Source: an uncultured Acidobacteriota bacterium
GTDB taxonomy: Bacteria; Acidobacteriota; Thermoanaerobaculia; Multivoradales; UBA5704
Direction: 5' to 3'
Assembly: GCA_963700145.1 (NCBI GenBank)
Contig: OY969474.1
Span: 4,512,001-4,576,000, forward strand
DNA: 64,000 nt
Shown here in pieces: positions 59,357 through 64,000 of the stretch. Numbering within the stretch: position 1 is the first letter of the stretch; the number at the start of each line of letters is the position of its first letter. Position numbers and translations under genes: made by a program. Below the pieces are notes generated by a model, which ran no database searches, was not told the origin of the DNA, and was given only the letters and a program-made list of their open reading frames with translations.

Positions 59357-59859
59357 CGGCGACGTGCCGCCGCGCCGCGGCGCTGTTCCTGCTGCTGGCG
59401 GCCGCCGCCCTGCCGGCCGGCGCCGCGGAGCTGTACACCCTGGCCGACCTCCACTGGATCGCCGGGCGCTGGGCCACCACCGTGAACGGCATGCCGGGCG
59501 AAGAGATCTGGCACGAGCCGCTCGGTGAGACGATGACCGGCACCTTCGCCCTGGTGCGCGAAGGGCAGCCGGCCTTCTACGAGATGATGGCGATCGAAGT
59601 GGACCGCAAGGGCCCGGTGCTGCTGCTGCGGCAGTTCAATGCCGGCCTCGCCGACGCGCGGCCGGACGTCCTGCGCTTTCCGCTCGTCCGTCTCGAAGTC
59701 GGCGACGAGGTCCGGGAGGCGGTCTTCGAGGGCCCGGACGGCGAAGGCTCCGCCCGCCTCACCTACCGGCGCAAGAAGGACGAGCTGACGGTCGTCCTCG
59801 ACAAGACGAAGGGCGGCAAGACCGAGAGCCGGACCTTCGAGTTCCGGCTGCAGCGTTAG
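59353..59859 (+). CDS. Exported protein, DUF6265-like
   Basis: Signal peptide, then LADLHWIAGRW..EEIW..TMTG..FYE; ATGA overlap. Confidence 0.7.
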   Translation: MTATCRRAAALFLLLAAAALPAGAAELYTLADLHWIAGRWATTVNGMPGEEIWHEPLGETMTGTFALVREGQPAFYEMMAIEVDRKGPVLLLRQFNAGLADARPDVLRFPLVRLEVGDEVREAVFEGPDGEGSARLTYRRKKDELTVVLDKTKGGKTESRTFEFRLQR

Positions 59860-59879
59860 CAAGTCACCCAACGTACCGG

Positions 59880-61124
59880 CTATGTCATCCCGAGCGTAGC
59901 CGAGGGATCTGGGTGGGGGAGGTCTGGCGCGCCACCCTCGGAATGACGTTGGGCGACCAGCAGCACGTTCGCGTACGGGGTACCCTCATCCAGCCTGGCG
60001 GGGGGCTCCACCACCAGTCCCTTCGCCATCAGGAGCGCCCGCCACTCTTCGCCGGTGCGGTAGCGGAAGCGCTGGCGCAGGTGGCCGCGCGCCAGGGCGC
60101 AGAGCCGCTCGGCGGCGCGGGTGGCGAGGAAGCGGGCGCCGCCGGCGGCGTCGGCCTCGCGCACCAGGAGCACCCCTCCTGGTTCCAGGCAACCCGCGGC
60201 GCGCGCCAGCAAGTTCTCCTGCGCGGCGGCGGGCAGGTAGTGGAGAACGTCGAGGAGCAGCACCGCGCGGGCGGGCGGCAGCGGCGCCGTCGTCAGGTCC
60301 GCCGGCTCGATCGTCGCCGCGCCGTCGAGCGCCGCCACGGCCGCCGCGGCGATCCGCGGTCGGCCTTCGATCCCGTGCAGCACCGCGTTCATGGGCGGGC
60401 TCGGCCAGCCCGCCGGCAGCTCGCCGCGCGCCGCCGCCGCCCGCGCCGCGACGACCAGCGCGAGCAGGATCCCCCGGCCGCACCCGAGATCGAGCAGCCG
60501 CCCGCCGTCCGGCAGCGCCCCCCGCCGCAAGAGGTCCAGGTAGACGGGGTCGTGGCGCAGCTTCCCGCGCACGAACTCCCAGTGGAAGATCCCGGCCGCG
60601 AGGTACGGCCGCGCCGCCGCCTCGATCAGCGCCTCGACCGTGGCCGGCCGGCGGCGGCTGCGCAGGGTGAGCCAGGTCGCGGCACCGAGCGCCGCGCCGA
60701 GCACCGTCCCCACCGCCAGGCTGCCGAGCGCGAGGTCCAACCCGATGCCCGCCGCGCCGCGCTCGGCGAGCTGCGCCGGCGCCAGGCCGGCGAGGCTGCC
60801 GCCGCGTAGGAGGCGGCCGGCGCCGATCTCGGCCGCGATCAGGAAGGGCGCGGTGAGCGGGTTGTTGAGCTGCGCCGCCAGGTAGGCCTTCATGCGGTTC
60901 AAGCCGAGGAGGCGCCCGGCGGCCAGGCAGAGGGCGAGGTGGAGGCCGTAGAGCGGCAGGCAGCCGATGAAGACGCCGGCGGCGACCGCCCAGGCTTGGC
61001 GGGCCGGCGAGCCGCCCTCGGTGCGCAGGCGGTAGACGAGCTCGGCGAAGGCGCGGCCGGGGCGGTCCCGCCGCGGCGGCGGCTCGGCGGCGTCCGGCGC
61101 CGCCGACCCCTCGGCCGTGCTCAC
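59880..61124 (-). CDS. DUF2062 membrane domain fused to a class I SAM methyltransferase
   Basis: AVAAGVFIGCLPLYGLH..NNPLTAP, then RGKLRHDP, LLDLGCGRG and LDVLHYL; GTGA overlap with the upstream gene. Confidence 0.8.
   Translation of the reverse strand: MSTAEGSAAPDAAEPPPRRDRPGRAFAELVYRLRTEGGSPARQAWAVAAGVFIGCLPLYGLHLALCLAAGRLLGLNRMKAYLAAQLNNPLTAPFLIAAEIGAGRLLRGGSLAGLAPAQLAERGAAGIGLDLALGSLAVGTVLGAALGAATWLTLRSRRRPATVEALIEAAARPYLAAGIFHWEFVRGKLRHDPVYLDLLRRGALPDGGRLLDLGCGRGILLALVVAARAAAARGELPAGWPSPPMNAVLHGIEGRPRIAAAAVAALDGAATIEPADLTTAPLPPARAVLLLDVLHYLPAAAQENLLARAAGCLEPGGVLLVREADAAGGARFLATRAAERLCALARGHLRQRFRYRTGEEWRALLMAKGLVVEPPARLDEGTPYANVLLVAQRHSEGGAPDLPHPDPSATLGMT
59884..59947. repeat. REP-like palindromic element
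   Basis: gtcatcccgagcgtagccgagggatctggg...ctcggaatgac; same family as 61925-62014. Confidence 0.7.
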
Positions 61125-61990
61125 GCCGCGGCGGCCTCGTCCGGGGCCGGCAGCGGCACGGCGCGGAGGCTGCGCGCCGCGAGCGCGTCGAGCAGGCGCG
61201 GCAGGGCCTCCAGCACCACCGGGCGGCCGTTGCGGTCGCGGGCGCCGCCGCCGTCGTGGAGGAGGAGGACGTCGCCGGCGGCGAGGCCGCGCACGAGGCG
61301 GTCCGCCACCCGCCGCGGGTCGCGCGCCACGGCGTCGAAGCCGCGCCGGGTCCAGGTGGCGAGGGCGAGGCCCGAGCGGTGGAGGACGAGGTCGGTCCAA
61401 GGGGCGCGGAAGCCGGCCGGCGGCCGGAAGAGACGCGGCGCCCGGCCGCAGGCGCGGCCGATCGCCTCCTGCGCGCCGGCGATCTCCCGCTCCATGACGC
61501 GCGGGCCGCGGAAGGCGAAGTGAGCGGGGTGGGTGTGGGTGTGGTTCTCGATCCGGTGGCCGGCTGCGGCGGCGGCGGCGGCGATCTCGGGGTGCGCGGC
61601 GGCGCGCCGGCCGACGCAGAAGAAGCTGGCGTGCGCGCCGCGCGCGACGAGGAGCTCGAGGACGCGCGGCGTGACCTCGGGGTCCGGACCGTCGTCGAAG
61701 GTGAGGGCCACCTCGCCCCGCGCCGCCGCAGCCTCCGGGAGCCGGGTGAGGTTCGGTCCGAGGAGACGGCTGCGCGGGCGCAGGCAGGCCTGGGCCACGG
61801 CGAGGTGGTCGGCGAGCGCCGCGCCGAGGAGCCACGGCCACTGCTGCGGAGCGGCGAGAAGGGCGATGGCCGCCGCGCCGTGAATCGCCAGCGACCCGGC
61901 AACCAAGGCTGGCGGTCTCCACCGCCCAGATCCTTCGCTACGCTCAGGATGACGGCGGGGGTTGTGCGCGAGATGAACCAACACCGTCAT
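61121..61990 (-). CDS. Polysaccharide deacetylase (NodB/CE4) family protein
   Basis: VALTFDDGPDP, IENHTHTH, LFRPPAG and LLLHDG; N-terminal hydrophobic segment; the only nearby ATG lies inside the REP-like repeat. Confidence 0.85.
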   Translation of the reverse strand: MTVLVHLAHNPRRHPERSEGSGRWRPPALVAGSLAIHGAAAIALLAAPQQWPWLLGAALADHLAVAQACLRPRSRLLGPNLTRLPEAAAARGEVALTFDDGPDPEVTPRVLELLVARGAHASFFCVGRRAAAHPEIAAAAAAAGHRIENHTHTHPAHFAFRGPRVMEREIAGAQEAIGRACGRAPRLFRPPAGFRAPWTDLVLHRSGLALATWTRRGFDAVARDPRRVADRLVRGLAAGDVLLLHDGGGARDRNGRPVVLEALPRLLDALAARSLRAVPLPAPDEAAAA

Positions 61991-62014
61991 CCTGAGCGAA
62001 GCGAAGGATCTGGG
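61925..62014. repeat. REP-like inverted repeat pair (31-bp arms)
   Basis: cccagatccttcgctacgctcaggatgacgg (61925-61955) / ccgtcatcctgagcgaagcgaaggatctggg (61984-62014), 1 mismatch. Confidence 0.85.
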
Positions 62015-63567
62015 GGCCGGGCATTCTGCCGTTCCATCTCCGGCGCCAGCAGCGCCGCACGGTCGAGCTTGCCGCGTTCGGTCCGCGGCAGCGCAGGCAC
62101 GAGCACCAGGCTGCGCGGCACCTTGTGCGGCGCCAGATGAGCGCGGCACCAGGCGAGGACCTCCTCGGCGGCGAGGCCGCCGCGGCAGGCGACGACGGCG
62201 CGCAGCACCGGCTCGGCGCCGGCGAGCGGCAGGCCGACGACCGCCACCTCCTCGACGCCGGCCAGGCGCGCCAGCACGCCTTCGACCTCGCGCGGGTCCA
62301 CCTTCCTGCCCTTGATGTTGATCAGGTCGTCCACCCGGCCGAGGAGCCGCAGCTCGCCGCCGTCCCAGGCGGCGAGGTCGCCGGTGGTGAAGCGGCCGCC
62401 GCCGAGCCGCGGGTCCGGCTCCGGCAGGTAACCCGCCGCCACCGCCGCCGACTCCACCCGCACGACGCCGCGGCCGGCCGCGCCGCCGTTCTCGTCGAGC
62501 GGCGCCAGCTCCACCCGCACGCCGTCCACCGGCGCGCCCACCGTGCCGCGCTCGCCGGCGCCGCCCTCGCGGTCGTAGCAGATGCCGCCGCATTCGCTGG
62601 CGCCGTAGAAGACGTGGACCGGCAGGCCGAAGGTGGCACGGAAGCGGGCGGCGGTGGCCGGCGGCAGCGGCGCGCCGGCGCTGACGACCAGGCGCAGGCT
62701 GCGCGGCCAGGCGGGCGGCTGCGACACCGCGAGGAGGGCGTTCAGGTAGGCCGGGACGGTGGGGAAGACGGTCGCCCCGGCCGCCACGGCGGCGGCGAAG
62801 GGGCCGAACGGGTCGCCGGCGTCGGCGAGCACCAGCGGCGTGCCGCGCACCAGCGCCGGCAGCGCCAGGCTGGAGAGGCCGTAGGAGTGCGACAGCGGGA
62901 TGGCGGCGAGGAGGCGGTCGTCCGTGCCGATCCCCATCGTCGCGGCGAGCGCCGCGTCGTCGGCGACCAGCGCTTCCGCCGGCGCGGCGATGCCGCGCGG
63001 CGCCCCGGTCGAGCCGGAGGTGAGCTTGACGACGGCGATCCCCGGCAGCTCGGCCGGCGCCCGCTCGGGGTCGGCGACCTCCGCCAGCGTCCAGTCCTCC
63101 GGGCCCGCCGGCCAGCCGGTGCGGCAGTCGAGGAGCGCCCGCGCCCCGAGCGCGCGCGCCGTGCGCTGCCGCTCGGCGGCGGGGGTCTGGGGGTCGAAGA
63201 GGAGCGCCGCGAGCCCCGCCCGCCGCAGCGCCAGGAGCGAGGCGAGGAAGCCGGGGCCGTTCGGGGCCGCGAGGCCGACGAGCGCCCCGTCCGGCAGCGC
63301 CGCCGCGCGCTCGGCGAGGCGCGCCCCGGCCGCCCGCGCCAGGGCGTCCACGTCCCCCGCGGTCGCGGTGCGCCGCGGCGAGACCACGAGCGGCCGGGAG
63401 GGGTCGCGCGCCATCCGCGCGAACGCGGCGAGGATCGGGTCCTGCGAGGGGGAGCTCTTCGGCTTCAGGGCCGCGGCATCGTAGCACTCGCTCCGCGGCG
63501 CGGGCCGGCGCTCGGCGCTTGCCCGGCCCGCGCGGGAACGGCTAGGATGGCGGCTCCGGCGCACCAC
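61987..63567 (-). CDS. AMP-binding acyl-CoA/acyl-ACP ligase (start uncertain, probably about 63414-63470)
   Basis: KLTSGSTGAPRG, FYGASECG, FTTGDL, GRVDDLINIKG and LPRTERGK adenylation motifs. Confidence 0.88.
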   Translation of the reverse strand: MVRRSRHPSRSRAGRASAERRPAPRSECYDAAALKPKSSPSQDPILAAFARMARDPSRPLVVSPRRTATAGDVDALARAAGARLAERAAALPDGALVGLAAPNGPGFLASLLALRRAGLAALLFDPQTPAAERQRTARALGARALLDCRTGWPAGPEDWTLAEVADPERAPAELPGIAVVKLTSGSTGAPRGIAAPAEALVADDAALAATMGIGTDDRLLAAIPLSHSYGLSSLALPALVRGTPLVLADAGDPFGPFAAAVAAGATVFPTVPAYLNALLAVSQPPAWPRSLRLVVSAGAPLPPATAARFRATFGLPVHVFYGASECGGICYDREGGAGERGTVGAPVDGVRVELAPLDENGGAAGRGVVRVESAAVAAGYLPEPDPRLGGGRFTTGDLAAWDGGELRLLGRVDDLINIKGRKVDPREVEGVLARLAGVEEVAVVGLPLAGAEPVLRAVVACRGGLAAEEVLAWCRAHLAPHKVPRSLVLVPALPRTERGKLDRAALLAPEMERQNARPPDPSLRSG

Positions 63568-63647
63568 CGAGGTCGGGCAGTCCAGCGGAGCGGCGGCCCG
63601 CGCGCCCGCGGGGCGGAGGGTGCGCGCGGTCCTTTGGAGTCGATGCC

Positions 63648-63923
63648 ATGTCGCCAGCCGCAGCCATCCAGTCCCGCGTCAAGCGCCTCATCGTCGAGAG
63701 CCTCAACCTGGACGGCATGACCCCCGAGATGATCGACGAGCACGCCCCGCTCTTCGGCGACGGGCTGGGGCTCGACTCGGTGGACGCCCTCGAGCTGGTC
63801 GTGGCGCTGGAGCGGGAGTTCGGGATCAAGATCAAGAGCCAGGAGCTGGGTCAGGAGGTCTTCTCCTCGGTCACCAGCCTGTCGCACTTCATCGCCGGCC
63901 GCACCGCTCCGACCTCGAACTAG
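63648..63923 (+). CDS. Acyl carrier protein
   Basis: PLFGDGLGLDSVDALELVV phosphopantetheine motif. Confidence 0.92.
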   Translation: MSPAAAIQSRVKRLIVESLNLDGMTPEMIDEHAPLFGDGLGLDSVDALELVVALEREFGIKIKSQELGQEVFSSVTSLSHFIAGRTAPTSN

Positions 63924-63938
63924 CCGCCGGGAGCCCGC

Positions 63939-64000
63939 TTGGACGATCGCTTCGCGGACGCGCCCCCCCGGCGCGTCGTCGTCACCGGCCTCGGCGCGGT
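63939..64000 (+). CDS. Beta-ketoacyl-ACP synthase (5' fragment, runs off the window)
   Basis: TTG start after GGGAG; translates LDDRFADAPPRRVVVTGLGA, the N-terminal motif of FabF/FabB-type ketosynthases. Confidence 0.7.
   Translation, partial: MDDRFADAPPRRVVVTGLGA

Noticed and set aside
61121-63487. 788-aa ORF suggesting a ligase-deacetylase fusion
   Set aside because: The first 500 or so codons are an off-frame reading of the ligase gene; only the part from 61990 has deacetylase motifs.

Overview
The window has two parts. Bases 1-52845 are the right portion of a large integrative element (genomic island/ICE) inserted at the 3' end of a tRNA-Ala(CGC) gene (52846-52921, minus strand), with a large serine recombinase at the junction; its left end lies outside the window. 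The element carries parAB, a coupled unknown-protein/double-HKD (PLD-fold) pair, an eight-gene glycosyltransferase cluster, and a conjugative leading-region-like block (radC/JAB, DUF6094-like methyltransferase-helicase, ssb) in which each unit is preceded by a long branched hairpin resembling a single-stranded-DNA promoter. It also carries a minus-strand defence run of about 26 kb: HTH-brxE-brxA-brxB-brxC-pglX-pglZ-brxL (frameshifted), then an SNF2 helicase, Mre11/SbcD-like nuclease and SMC-like ATPase, then Gabija. A small regulatory module follows (Ser/Thr kinase, catalytically dead FimB-like recombinase, TPR-like protein, BlaI-like repressor). Bases 52922-64000 are visibly more GC-rich host chromosome: metallophosphoesterase, PEGA Ser/Thr kinase, an M16 peptidase pair, and the edge of an aryl-polyene-like ACP/KS cluster with REP-like palindromes. 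The best candidate for an undescribed system is the non-canonical BREX (BrxE together with BrxL) extended by the SNF2-Mre11-SMC module. All calls come from motif recognition by eye; no database searches were run.
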